Origin: Bdellovibrionota bacterium | GTDB taxonomy: Bacteria > Bdellovibrionota_C > UBA2361 > JBIKWN01 | Assembly (NCBI GenBank): GCA_044356295.1 | Contig: JBIKWN010000002.1 | Coordinates: forward strand, 1-64,000 | Direction of reading: 5' to 3' | Length of the DNA: 64,000 bases | Shown: positions 38,867 to 47,675 of the stretch, piece by piece | How the letters are laid out: every line of letters begins with the position of its first letter | Numbering within the stretch: position 1 is the first letter of the stretch | Notes under the pieces: generated by a model | The model's database searches: none | Seen by the model: only the letters and a program-made list of their open reading frames with translations | Told to the model about the DNA's origin: nothing | Translations under genes and position numbers: made by a program

Positions 38867-40171
38867 ATGGAAAGATTAATTGGAGATGACTCACATTTAG
38901 ACTTAGCATTAGAATCATTACATCCTAGGACTTCAACTCAAAACGCTAGTAAGGTACCGCTACAACCTCTAGTACTTACAAAAGCTGATATTGCACTTCC
39001 AGCGGATATTGCAACGTATACTGATAAATATTTTTCAAGAACAAAACAAATTCTTCAGGCTTCAGAAATAAATCCAACTGTCCGTGCACAAATTTTTATT
39101 CGAAAAGGTCCAGGAGAAATTGCAGGTATTACAGAGGCTCTCCATTTAATTAACGAAACTTCTGAATTCTTTAAAAACGGCGGCAAAGCCTGGGCACTAG
39201 AAGAAGGTGCAAAATACAATCCAAAAGATACCGTAATAGTATTAGAGGGAAAAATACAAGATATCGTCGAATTAGAAACTCTATACTTAGGTGTTATATC
39301 AAGAGCCACAACTGCTCGTAATGATGGCGTCTCGAGAGTAGATCTTGAATCAGTCAAAAAACGAATGGCCTTGGTCGTAGAAGCTGCTGCGGGACGCCCA
39401 GTTACATATTTTGGAGCTCGGCATTGGCACTGGCAGGAAGATGCAGCAATTGCAAAAGCAGCGATTGAAGGCGGTGCCACTGGAGCATCAACAGATGCTG
39501 GAGCACATGCTATTGGAAAAGCTGGCGTAGGAACCATACCACACATACTAGAAAATGCTTTTGCTGCAGTATATGGAAAAGAAAATGCGGTTGTTGAAGC
39601 AACAATTGCATTTGATACATTCATCGACTCAAACGTACCACGCATTGCATTAATCGATTACAACAATAAAGAAGTCGATGATTCTCTAGCTGTAGCAGAA
39701 AAATTAGGCGAAAAACTGTGGGGAATACGAGTCGATACCTGTGGAGAAAATGTCATGCAGGGAGCACTTGCATCGTTTGATTCTACTGATGTTGATCTAT
39801 GGAAAAAATCTGGAAACCAATTAATTAGCAAACTTCACCCTCATGCAAAATACTGGGTCGGAACTGGTGTAACAATTAGCGGTGTTTATGCAATTCGAAA
39901 AGCATTAAACGATGCTGGTTTTAAAAATGTAAAACTTATTTTGACAAGCGGTTTTGGCAATGCAGAAAAAGTCAAAGCATTTGCATATGCAGAAAAGCTT
40001 TTAGGAGTAAAACTTTTTGATCAACTTGGTGTCGGAGAACTATATCACACGCGCTCAACAACGATGGATATAGTTGCAATTCAAGACACACATAACGAAT
40101 GGAAACCACTATCTAAAGTCGGTCGAAGTTATCGACCAAATAAAAACCTCAGACCAGTTGAATTTAAATAA
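38867..40171 (+). CDS. pncB: Nicotinate phosphoribosyltransferase
   Basis: TDKYF..T, ELETLYLG, YFGARH, GTIPH (phospho-His), ALIDYNN, GIRVDT, TSGF, GVG; context with pncA/nadE. Confidence 0.85.
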   Translation: MERLIGDDSHLDLALESLHPRTSTQNASKVPLQPLVLTKADIALPADIATYTDKYFSRTKQILQASEINPTVRAQIFIRKGPGEIAGITEALHLINETSEFFKNGGKAWALEEGAKYNPKDTVIVLEGKIQDIVELETLYLGVISRATTARNDGVSRVDLESVKKRMALVVEAAAGRPVTYFGARHWHWQEDAAIAKAAIEGGATGASTDAGAHAIGKAGVGTIPHILENAFAAVYGKENAVVEATIAFDTFIDSNVPRIALIDYNNKEVDDSLAVAEKLGEKLWGIRVDTCGENVMQGALASFDSTDVDLWKKSGNQLISKLHPHAKYWVGTGVTISGVYAIRKALNDAGFKNVKLILTSGFGNAEKVKAFAYAEKLLGVKLFDQLGVGELYHTRSTTMDIVAIQDTHNEWKPLSKVGRSYRPNKNLRPVEFK

Positions 40172-40187
40172 ATATAAGGGAGGAAAT

Positions 40188-41921
40188 ATGAATTCTATAC
40201 AAGTACAAAAAATTACAATTAACGATCAAGAAAATGCTTCTTTACATGACCCCGTTAATCGCAAAGTTGCAATGGCTCAAATCCACAGCAACCCAGGCTC
40301 AATTGCTCTGAATACCATTCAAATAATTAAAGCAATAAATGAATCAAGGGAGAAAGGTGCCGCAATTGTTGTACTGCCTGAGCTCGCGATACCTGGATAC
40401 TGTGCAATGGATCTTTTTTATAACAGAGCATTCTTAAAGATGAATCGAGATGCACTAGAGAAAGTCATTCAAGCTAGTAAAGATATGACAGTCATCTGTG
40501 GGTTTGTTGATGAAGATCAGACAAAAACTGCACCAGGTAACAAACCATGGATCTATAATGCTGCTGCAATTATACATGACGGTAAACTCATAGCAGTTCA
40601 ACATAAAGAACTACTTCCTACGTACGATGTTTTTGATGAAAAAAGATACTTTAAACCAGCCCAAACACGTTCGGTTGTAGAGATACAGGGGACAAAAATC
40701 GGGGTAGCTATCTGCGAAGACCTCTGGTCAAAAGATAATGACAGGGACATTGTTGCTGATTTAGTCAATGGTGGAGCCGAAGTGTTACTTTCACTTAACG
40801 CTAGCCCATTTAGTATTGGAAAAACTGAAAGACGATTAGCTGTTCTTGAAGATGCAGCTCAAAAACATGGAATTCCAATTGTCTATACGAATTTAGTTGG
40901 AGCTCAAGATGGATATGATGGCGAAATAATTTTTGACGGTTCGAGCGCTGTTATTGATGGGTACGGAACTGTAGTATCAGTAAGTCAATCTTTTACTGAT
41001 TCAATTTCAATAGTTGATTTAGATGACCTTTCAAAAAACATCACAAATCACAAACCCGAAAGTGATATTGTACAGATTCATGATGCTCTCGTGATGGGAA
41101 TTAAAGAATTCTTTTCTCGAAAAGGATTACATACTGCTTACATCGGATTAAGTGGAGGAATTGATTCTGCCGTAGTGGCAGCACTTGCAGTAGAGGCATT
41201 AGGTGCAGAAAATGTTATCGGCGTTACTATGCCATCACATATTACTTCTTCAGAAACGAAAAGTGATGCTCTCGAACTAGCAGACCGTCTTGGGATTGTT
41301 TGTCATGAACGACCAATTGTTGAGGAGTATAATGCTTGGCTTAGTGGCGCACGAAGTAGCACCCAAAAAGAACCTTCTAGTCTTACAAAACAGAATAAAC
41401 AAGCAAGAATACGGAATTCGATATTACTTGAATATACAAATGAACATTCAGGAAGTTGTCACTTAAATACAGGAAATAAAACTGAGGTTGCTCTTGGATA
41501 CTTTACACTCGGCGGAGATGCTGGAGGAGCAATCTCTGTGCTTGGTGATGTCAATAAATTACGCGTCTATGAATTAGCGAAAACAATCAATCGTATCCAT
41601 GGAAAAGAAACAATTCCTGTAACAACTATTACACGTGCTCCTTCTGCTGAACTTGAAGTTGGACAAACCGATGCAAACTCATTACCGGCTGACTATGACA
41701 TCCTTGTGCCGCTCGTTGATTCAATTATTGAGACAGATTCAACTTTTGAAGAACTCGTAACAATGTATGGGGAAGAAACAGTCACAAGAACATTATCCCT
41801 AATAAGAAAAAATGAAGGAAAGCGTCGACAACTACCACCTGCAATACGGATTACGGATCATTCTTTCGGTATAGAACGTAGGATTCCAATGGATTATCCA
41901 TTAGAAACAATTGCAGCTTAA
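40188..41921 (+). CDS. nadE: Glutamine-dependent NAD+ synthetase
   Basis: Nitrilase triad LPEL, K.LLPTYDVFDEKRYF, ICEDLW; synthetase GLSGGIDS, TMPS, QARIR, TGNKTE, PSAEL; ATG 40188 has SD AAGGGAGG. Confidence 0.94.
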   Translation: MNSIQVQKITINDQENASLHDPVNRKVAMAQIHSNPGSIALNTIQIIKAINESREKGAAIVVLPELAIPGYCAMDLFYNRAFLKMNRDALEKVIQASKDMTVICGFVDEDQTKTAPGNKPWIYNAAAIIHDGKLIAVQHKELLPTYDVFDEKRYFKPAQTRSVVEIQGTKIGVAICEDLWSKDNDRDIVADLVNGGAEVLLSLNASPFSIGKTERRLAVLEDAAQKHGIPIVYTNLVGAQDGYDGEIIFDGSSAVIDGYGTVVSVSQSFTDSISIVDLDDLSKNITNHKPESDIVQIHDALVMGIKEFFSRKGLHTAYIGLSGGIDSAVVAALAVEALGAENVIGVTMPSHITSSETKSDALELADRLGIVCHERPIVEEYNAWLSGARSSTQKEPSSLTKQNKQARIRNSILLEYTNEHSGSCHLNTGNKTEVALGYFTLGGDAGGAISVLGDVNKLRVYELAKTINRIHGKETIPVTTITRAPSAELEVGQTDANSLPADYDILVPLVDSIIETDSTFEELVTMYGEETVTRTLSLIRKNEGKRRQLPPAIRITDHSFGIERRIPMDYPLETIAA

Positions 41922-41935
41922 CAGAGGGTAAAATA

Positions 41936-43681
41936 ATGACACTGTCTTCTTATTCTTTTCTTCAAGTAGGTGAAGCATCTTTCAGACAAGGTGAATTTAT
42001 CAGAACCTTTTTTGAACCTAAAACTACTTGTGATAATTTTTTAATTTGCGAGAGATTAAATAATGGTGAAGTCGAATTATTTATTAATAAATCTAGTAAA
42101 AGCATCGTCACGCAATTACAAACAGATAACCAAGAATTTTGGAGCCTTCCAAAAAGTAACGAATCACCTCAAACGTTTCCAAAATTTCCAACAGCTGGAA
42201 CTGCTTTGTATACCCATGCCTATTCTTTTCAAGATACATTGCCTTTAAGCCAAGGTACATGGGTCAAGGTTGATGAAATTTTTCAAAGATTTTTTGAAGA
42301 TAAACCAATTGGCATCGAACTAGTTCATGCAGCATTAAAAATACTAAACAAACATGAAAAAAGGCTTGAAATAAATGTAAGTAATCTTCCAGAAGCATCC
42401 CTGGGTCAACGATATGAAGAAGTTGAAAACAAACGTATCAAGAAAGAGGATTTAAAAAAGTGGGAGCAGGATACCCTAGATGTATTCCCAATAAACTGTA
42501 CTGAAATTGAGAACCCTGATCGTCCATTTATTTCCGTGGGAAGATATCAAGATGAAGATGGAGTTGAAAATGAATATGCAATCCGAAAAGGTTTAGACTC
42601 TCAAGATTCAGTCTGTTTCTGTTGGCATGGTGGAAATATTTACATGGCGATTCGACTTGGAGTTCGAACTGCACTTTCCCACTGGGAACAGGGACGAAGT
42701 TTAATTTCGATTGAAGGTGTTGCTGGATCTCTTGAAGAAAACGACCTTACTACAGAGGATATAATAAACCGTGCGATGGAAGAGACAAAAGAGGAACTAG
42801 GATTAGAACCAGCCTCACCTGGTATAAAGCTAGGAAGTTTTTTTACCGCATCAGAGGTAACAGCCGAAAAAAGTACTTCTGTTCTTGTCGAAGTAAATCC
42901 AAATAAAAAATGTACTGCTCATCACGCTGCTGATGAAATTCAGGATACCCGCTTTATTGAGCTTGATGAACTTATCGCTGCCTGCGATGAAGGTCTAATT
43001 ATTGATGAGCGTTTAGAGGTCTCAGCACGGTTGTTAAAAGCAATGTATAGGTACCATAACCCTCTCCACATCCCTCAATCAGCAGAGAAGATCGTTTTTT
43101 TAGGTGGAACTTTTGATCCTTTTCACAGTGGTCATTTAGCTCTTGCCAATGCTTGTCTGAATGAATCAACCACAGATGCAGTAATCGTTGTTCCAGCAAA
43201 GCAAAATCCATATAAGGGAAATCCATACATGCAAACATCTGAACGCAGAGATTCAATTGTAGCAACGCTTAGTGAATATCCAGGGCTCTACCTAAGCGAG
43301 CATGAACTTAATCAACGTGATTCTAGTGTATATACAGCGGACTCCTTAAAACTTTTTAAAGAGCAATTTCCTCAGTGTAAAAGCATTTTCCTTGCTGTTG
43401 GGAGTGATCTGCTGGGTTCAATGCATGCTTGGACAAAAAGAGATGAACTCTTTAAACGACTTGACGGTTTATTCATAGCCGCAAGAGATGACTTTTCAGT
43501 ATTTGATCTTAAAAATTATAAAGCAATGTATCCGAAGGAAGCATGGAGTCTCATCCAAAAAGCAAAGTTTCTGACTTTCCAGCAGAATATTTCATCAAGC
43601 TTAATTAAAAAACTACTTTTTAGCTCAGAGGATGTACCGACTGATGGCTTATTGCCAAGACGAGTTAGAAAATTTATTTAA
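41936..43681 (+). CDS. nadD: Nudix hydrolase - nicotinate-nucleotide adenylyltransferase (NadD) fusion
   Basis: Nudix box EGVAGSLEE...RAMEETKEELG; C-terminal NadD GGTFDPFHSGH, VP...NPYK, YTADSL, GSD...W, ISSS.IK; additional ~190-aa N-terminal region. Confidence 0.85.
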   Translation: MTLSSYSFLQVGEASFRQGEFIRTFFEPKTTCDNFLICERLNNGEVELFINKSSKSIVTQLQTDNQEFWSLPKSNESPQTFPKFPTAGTALYTHAYSFQDTLPLSQGTWVKVDEIFQRFFEDKPIGIELVHAALKILNKHEKRLEINVSNLPEASLGQRYEEVENKRIKKEDLKKWEQDTLDVFPINCTEIENPDRPFISVGRYQDEDGVENEYAIRKGLDSQDSVCFCWHGGNIYMAIRLGVRTALSHWEQGRSLISIEGVAGSLEENDLTTEDIINRAMEETKEELGLEPASPGIKLGSFFTASEVTAEKSTSVLVEVNPNKKCTAHHAADEIQDTRFIELDELIAACDEGLIIDERLEVSARLLKAMYRYHNPLHIPQSAEKIVFLGGTFDPFHSGHLALANACLNESTTDAVIVVPAKQNPYKGNPYMQTSERRDSIVATLSEYPGLYLSEHELNQRDSSVYTADSLKLFKEQFPQCKSIFLAVGSDLLGSMHAWTKRDELFKRLDGLFIAARDDFSVFDLKNYKAMYPKEAWSLIQKAKFLTFQQNISSSLIKKLLFSSEDVPTDGLLPRRVRKFI

Positions 43682-46467
43682 ATATTCATCTTACTAATTC
43701 GGATTCGTTCATCAATCATCTTTTCAGCTTCATCTCGATCATATTCCATTTGTGAAACAAATCCAGGAAGCAACATTTCATTCAATGCTTTTCTAGATTC
43801 ATCACTTAAAAAATCTGCATCCAGACAACATGTTTCAAGAATTGGGCGAACTCTCTCTTGAATAATTTCTCGTGCTTTATACAGCGCCTCTCTAGCATCA
43901 AGATTTTCTTTATTCTTGTTGAGCGAAGTGATATTGGAACGAATAATTTCAAGATCTTTCTTTAGTGAAATTAAACAATCTATTGCTTCATACAGATCTT
44001 GATAGTTCTGAGTATCCTCTTTCCCCTGCTTTTTCGCTTCCTGAACAGCAAAGCTTAATCGAAGTGCTGGAATCAATAATTCAACAGTACAAAATGAAGC
44101 ATTTTCTGCTTTTAAAGCATTAACTCCCTCTGGGCTATCTTCTAACACTTTCAAAATAGAATGCATTCTATTCATATACACTTGGTCATCACCGGTAGCT
44201 GTGCCGTATCTAAGAAGAGTCTCTGCAATTACTTCATTTTCCAACCAATTTTGATAGAAAAGATTCAGTTGGAGCTTATCTAAAACTCCAAACTTAACAA
44301 CACGCCGAACCGCATCCTGAATCTCGGGGCTATTGGTGTAGGCTTCTGATGATAGAATTTCTGGTGAAACTTCACCGTAAAGCTCAATGCGACGAATTTC
44401 TGCGGCAGCTTGTTGATGACTTAAACCAAGCTTTTGAAAATTTAGAGCCTGCCTTCCTCTCCAGGTTAGTTTTGCAACTTCTTCAACTGATGCTTCTCTT
44501 GGAATTAAATCATCACTAATAGTGACTGCTTTAATTTCAGACTCAGTTGCAATCTTACTAAAGTGTTCAAGACTACATGCAATTGGTTTTCCATGAATAT
44601 CTTTTTCAAGTCTATCTGTTAAAGTGTCGAGTCGATATGGAAGGAAGCCACCCATTAATTGGTGTGATGCATCATGCGAAGCATTCCCTGCAAATTCGCT
44701 CATTGAATGATGATTCACTCCATGAAGATAAACGGTAAAAAGAGGGATACAATCTCTAAAAAAAACACTCTCTTTTCCTTCGAGCGTCATGGGGACCAAC
44801 CCTATGTCATTTGCTGCTCGACTTAAAAGTTTTCGGTACGTTGCTGAGGTCATGCATAGTCGATGCAAATCAGGTGAAATACGACCGATAACATACTGTA
44901 GCGCACTTCCTTGATTGACCACCTGATCAAATTCATCCAATCGTTCCTGTGAATAAGCATCAAATACTCTTTCATCACGTTGTTTTTCTTTCTGATTAAT
45001 GATTCCAATACGTTCTAGTGATGCTTCAAGTAATCGAACTCCACCAGATAATCGGTGATCTGGAACATCACCTTCATCAATTAAACGTATTAGATCTGAT
45101 ATTTCTAAAGCGAAAACTCCCTGAACATTATCGATGATAGTAGGATTAATCTTAATGAACGCTTTATTTGATGCTTCATTACTATATCCAGGGGACGTAT
45201 ACTCTGGATGACCAATAAAGATTGTAGGGTTATCTTCAATATCTATCCCTGCTTTTTTTCTAAGAACTGAGGCTACACTTTTTTCAATAATCTCTTGATT
45301 CGGTTCAGTTCCCTCAAGAAAACCAGATAAACCGCAGATAATTTTTGCTGGTTGATCTGCTTGAATGACATGGGGGAATAGTTTTCGAGCCACTGCTCCT
45401 AGTACTGGTATGTGGTGACAGACAACGAAAACTTTATCATCTTGAATAAACCATGGAACAACATCTACTGAACGATCAAATGGAGTAACAATTTTTTCAA
45501 ATTCCCAATCCGATAATTCCTCTCCTGATGAATTTACATTAGTAGCAATTTGCGTTTCCATTGAGAGGAATCCGCAATCAAGATCCAAAGGTTCAGCGAT
45601 AGCTATTTGTTTTTTACTTTCACCTACTACTAGTCTGGCTTGATCGTAAGAGTATACAGGAAGCGTTGTTTCTTGGGTGTTGACCCCTTTGAAATCAATA
45701 GATGATTGAAAAAGCCAGTCTGCTAATTTTTCGGAACCAGTAATGTTGATTCCATTTTTTCTACAGAACCTAAGAACACAATCAACGAGCCTTCCGTCTT
45801 GAATCTGCTCCTTGTCATACAGTGAAAAGATCTGTTCTGCGGTTAGTGCTCGTCGTCGAAGCATTGGACGACTTGCGTCATCCCTGAATGACACAACATC
45901 TAGAGTCTGTTTTGAAAGCGGCTCTATCTCTATGCTCATGGCAATCACTGCTTCAGAATGAATAGATGGCGAAGGAAGATAATTTCCAAGTGAAGACGGC
46001 TTGCCTTTCGGAACGAGCCCAAGTTTCTGAGTAATCGTATAATCAATTGCTTGAGAAACCTCGGCACCACCTAACTTCTCTGATAGGTATCCACCAGGCA
46101 AATTAGTAACCATTGATTTTCCAATTGCAGGGCGCACAACATCATAAACAATAAATTTTACTTCGTTTGTTTTTGGACATCGAAACCATGGCAAAAGATC
46201 AAGTGTATCTTGTTGCTGGAAAATCGCTAACTCTTGAGGCAAACCTACTTTTTCTAAAGTACCATCTTCTGAAAGTAGTGAGAGTTGAAATGCTTTTGTT
46301 AATAAGATTTTAGATTGAATGTTTGAAGATTGAGTGCGAACTTCTGCAACGACTCTTGGATCAGTTTTATCCCAGGGATTCCAAACAAGATTATTTGGAT
46401 TTGATACGCCAATTCCTGAGTCATTTTTAGGAAGAAGTGTTATGTCTGCTGGTGGAAAATTAAGCAT
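43678..46467 (-). CDS. 929-aa protein: two degenerate Nudix-like domains plus C-terminal helical domain with HDxxH motif
   Basis: Repeat 1 D.LDLLPWF...RPA...NLPGGYL...KLG...LG.YLPSP...SE...IQDGRL; repeat 2 SVDVVPWF...GLSGFLE...KAG...G..YTSPG.SNE...VPDHRL; HDASHQ at 44662-44676. Confidence 0.65.
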   Translation of the reverse strand: MLNFPPADITLLPKNDSGIGVSNPNNLVWNPWDKTDPRVVAEVRTQSSNIQSKILLTKAFQLSLLSEDGTLEKVGLPQELAIFQQQDTLDLLPWFRCPKTNEVKFIVYDVVRPAIGKSMVTNLPGGYLSEKLGGAEVSQAIDYTITQKLGLVPKGKPSSLGNYLPSPSIHSEAVIAMSIEIEPLSKQTLDVVSFRDDASRPMLRRRALTAEQIFSLYDKEQIQDGRLVDCVLRFCRKNGINITGSEKLADWLFQSSIDFKGVNTQETTLPVYSYDQARLVVGESKKQIAIAEPLDLDCGFLSMETQIATNVNSSGEELSDWEFEKIVTPFDRSVDVVPWFIQDDKVFVVCHHIPVLGAVARKLFPHVIQADQPAKIICGLSGFLEGTEPNQEIIEKSVASVLRKKAGIDIEDNPTIFIGHPEYTSPGYSNEASNKAFIKINPTIIDNVQGVFALEISDLIRLIDEGDVPDHRLSGGVRLLEASLERIGIINQKEKQRDERVFDAYSQERLDEFDQVVNQGSALQYVIGRISPDLHRLCMTSATYRKLLSRAANDIGLVPMTLEGKESVFFRDCIPLFTVYLHGVNHHSMSEFAGNASHDASHQLMGGFLPYRLDTLTDRLEKDIHGKPIACSLEHFSKIATESEIKAVTISDDLIPREASVEEVAKLTWRGRQALNFQKLGLSHQQAAAEIRRIELYGEVSPEILSSEAYTNSPEIQDAVRRVVKFGVLDKLQLNLFYQNWLENEVIAETLLRYGTATGDDQVYMNRMHSILKVLEDSPEGVNALKAENASFCTVELLIPALRLSFAVQEAKKQGKEDTQNYQDLYEAIDCLISLKKDLEIIRSNITSLNKNKENLDAREALYKAREIIQERVRPILETCCLDADFLSDESRKALNEMLLPGFVSQMEYDRDEAEKMIDERIRISKMNI

Positions 46468-46676
46468 TGGTGAAGTAGGAACTATTTTATAATTGTACTT
46501 GTTCCCTAAGCAAAATTTTTGGTGAAAAAGAGCTGTTTTTATTAGTTTTTAAAGGGGAATTTATGATTTTTAGTATCTTTATTTTCTTCTTTCTTTTTAA
46601 AGAATTTTTCAGTCTAACAAAAGTTGATTAAGAATTAGTTATTAGAGACAATTCATAAACCCTGAAGGGTGAAATC

Positions 46677-46856
46677 ATGAACAAGGAAGTATCAGAGGCC
46701 CGCAAATTGCGGACTCGAAATTCGAAAAAGATGATCGGTTTGGGACTTGGAGTTTTGGCCATTGTTGGCATTCTCCTCGTTGTCAAAGATGCTGCTGCAT
46801 TGACCTTTGATCTCGACTTTAGCGATCTTGAAGACCCCGACAACGTAGGAGCCTAA
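46677..46856 (+). CDS. Small single-TM or secreted peptide precursor (59 aa), absent from the ORF track
   Basis: Manual translation MNKEVSEARKLRTRNSKKMIGLGLGVLAIVGILLVVKDAAALTFDLDFSDLEDPDNVGA; SD GAAGGGTG; downstream hairpin. Confidence 0.7.
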   Translation: MNKEVSEARKLRTRNSKKMIGLGLGVLAIVGILLVVKDAAALTFDLDFSDLEDPDNVGA

Positions 46857-46878
46857 AAGATCATCACCTGGAGGTTTC

Positions 46879-46907
46879 CCTAAGCCAAGCGTTTGTCGCT
46901 TCTTAGG
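46879..46907. terminator. Hairpin after the small ORF, probable terminator
   Basis: cctaag-cc-aagcg-tttgt-cgctt-cttagg between convergent genes. Confidence 0.5.
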
Positions 46908-46933
46908 AATTAGGTTTCATTCATGAAATCCCT

Positions 46934-47650
46934 TCAGGTCTTTTTATTATCCTTCCGAAATTTCTTTACATCCTCGCGAATAATTTCGATAGCTTCCTCT
47001 GGTGTATCAACGATCTCAATACATTTAAAATCTTTCTCAGAGATCAATCCACGAGTTAAAGGAAACTCTTTCGCCCACTCCATCATGCCTGACCAGAATT
47101 CTTTATCCATCAAGATTATAGGACGCATTGTAACATGTTGAACCTGTACAAGTTGCCAAACAAAAAATAGTTCAAGAAGCGTTCCTATACCACCAGGAGT
47201 ACAAACTACAGCATGTGATAGCCGCATAAAATCATCTAATCGAGAAGAAAAACGGTGATGATGACGTTTTACATCTAAGTGATTGTTAGCGTCTGGCTCC
47301 CATGGAAGTTCAATTGATAAGCCAATAGATCGTGATTTTGATTTTTTCTCTTCTCTTCCAAGGAGAGCACCACGATTTGCAGCTTCCATAAGTCCAGGGC
47401 CACCGCCGGTAAGAATATCAATACCGTCCCCCGCAAGAATTCGAGAAAGCTCAAAAGCTTTTTGATAATTCGGACCACCTGGTTTTATCCGAGCACTTCC
47501 AAAAATACAAACTCTATAAAAACGATTCTCATCTACTTTGACAAGTTCTTGCTCAACCAAGGTTGCACGGTGATACAATGATTGCAGCCTTTGTTCAAGA
47601 TGAGCACGTCGTTTTCCACGAACTCCTAGTGTCTTAGTTTTTCCTTTCAC
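46934..47650 (-). CDS. LOG family nucleotide phosphoribohydrolase
   Basis: VCIFGSAR, TGGGPGLMEAAN.GA, PGGIGTLLE. Confidence 0.9.
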   Translation of the reverse strand: MKGKTKTLGVRGKRRAHLEQRLQSLYHRATLVEQELVKVDENRFYRVCIFGSARIKPGGPNYQKAFELSRILAGDGIDILTGGGPGLMEAANRGALLGREEKKSKSRSIGLSIELPWEPDANNHLDVKRHHHRFSSRLDDFMRLSHAVVCTPGGIGTLLELFFVWQLVQVQHVTMRPIILMDKEFWSGMMEWAKEFPLTRGLISEKDFKCIEIVDTPEEAIEIIREDVKKFRKDNKKT

Positions 47651-47675
47651 GATTTACTTCTTTGCTCCTTAGGCA

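Noticed and set aside
39055..39645. 196-aa antisense ORF in pncB, and similar shadows at 8054-8464, 15439-15840, 35098-35481, 60711-61058
   Set aside because: Fully antisense to well-supported genes with typical shadow-ORF composition.
40074..40187. N-terminal extensions given by the ORF track (nadE, also 1519-1704, 4936-5085, 58792-58989, 58939-58998)
   Set aside because: They overlap neighbouring genes; downstream starts have better SD/promoter context, and AsnB needs Cys at position 2.
42463..42492. Shared QDTLD peptide between Nudix-NadD and the 929-aa protein as a sign of recent duplication
   Set aside because: Only five residues and apparently not at equivalent positions in the domains; may be chance.
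43678..46467. NrtR regulator call for the pseudo-Nudix protein
   Set aside because: Far larger than NrtR, has two Nudix-like repeats and no recognisable C-terminal winged HTH.
46628..46843. 71-aa minus-strand ORF from the track
   Set aside because: Antisense to the 59-aa plus-strand ORF, which has an SD, a coherent TM/signal structure and a downstream hairpin.
31943..46856. Calling the NAD block a prophage, ICE or phage NARP1/NARP2
   Set aside because: No integrase, transposase, structural genes, tRNA target or flanking direct repeats seen, and the enzymes are PncA/PncB/NadD/NadE rather than Adps/Namat or Nampt/Nmnat.
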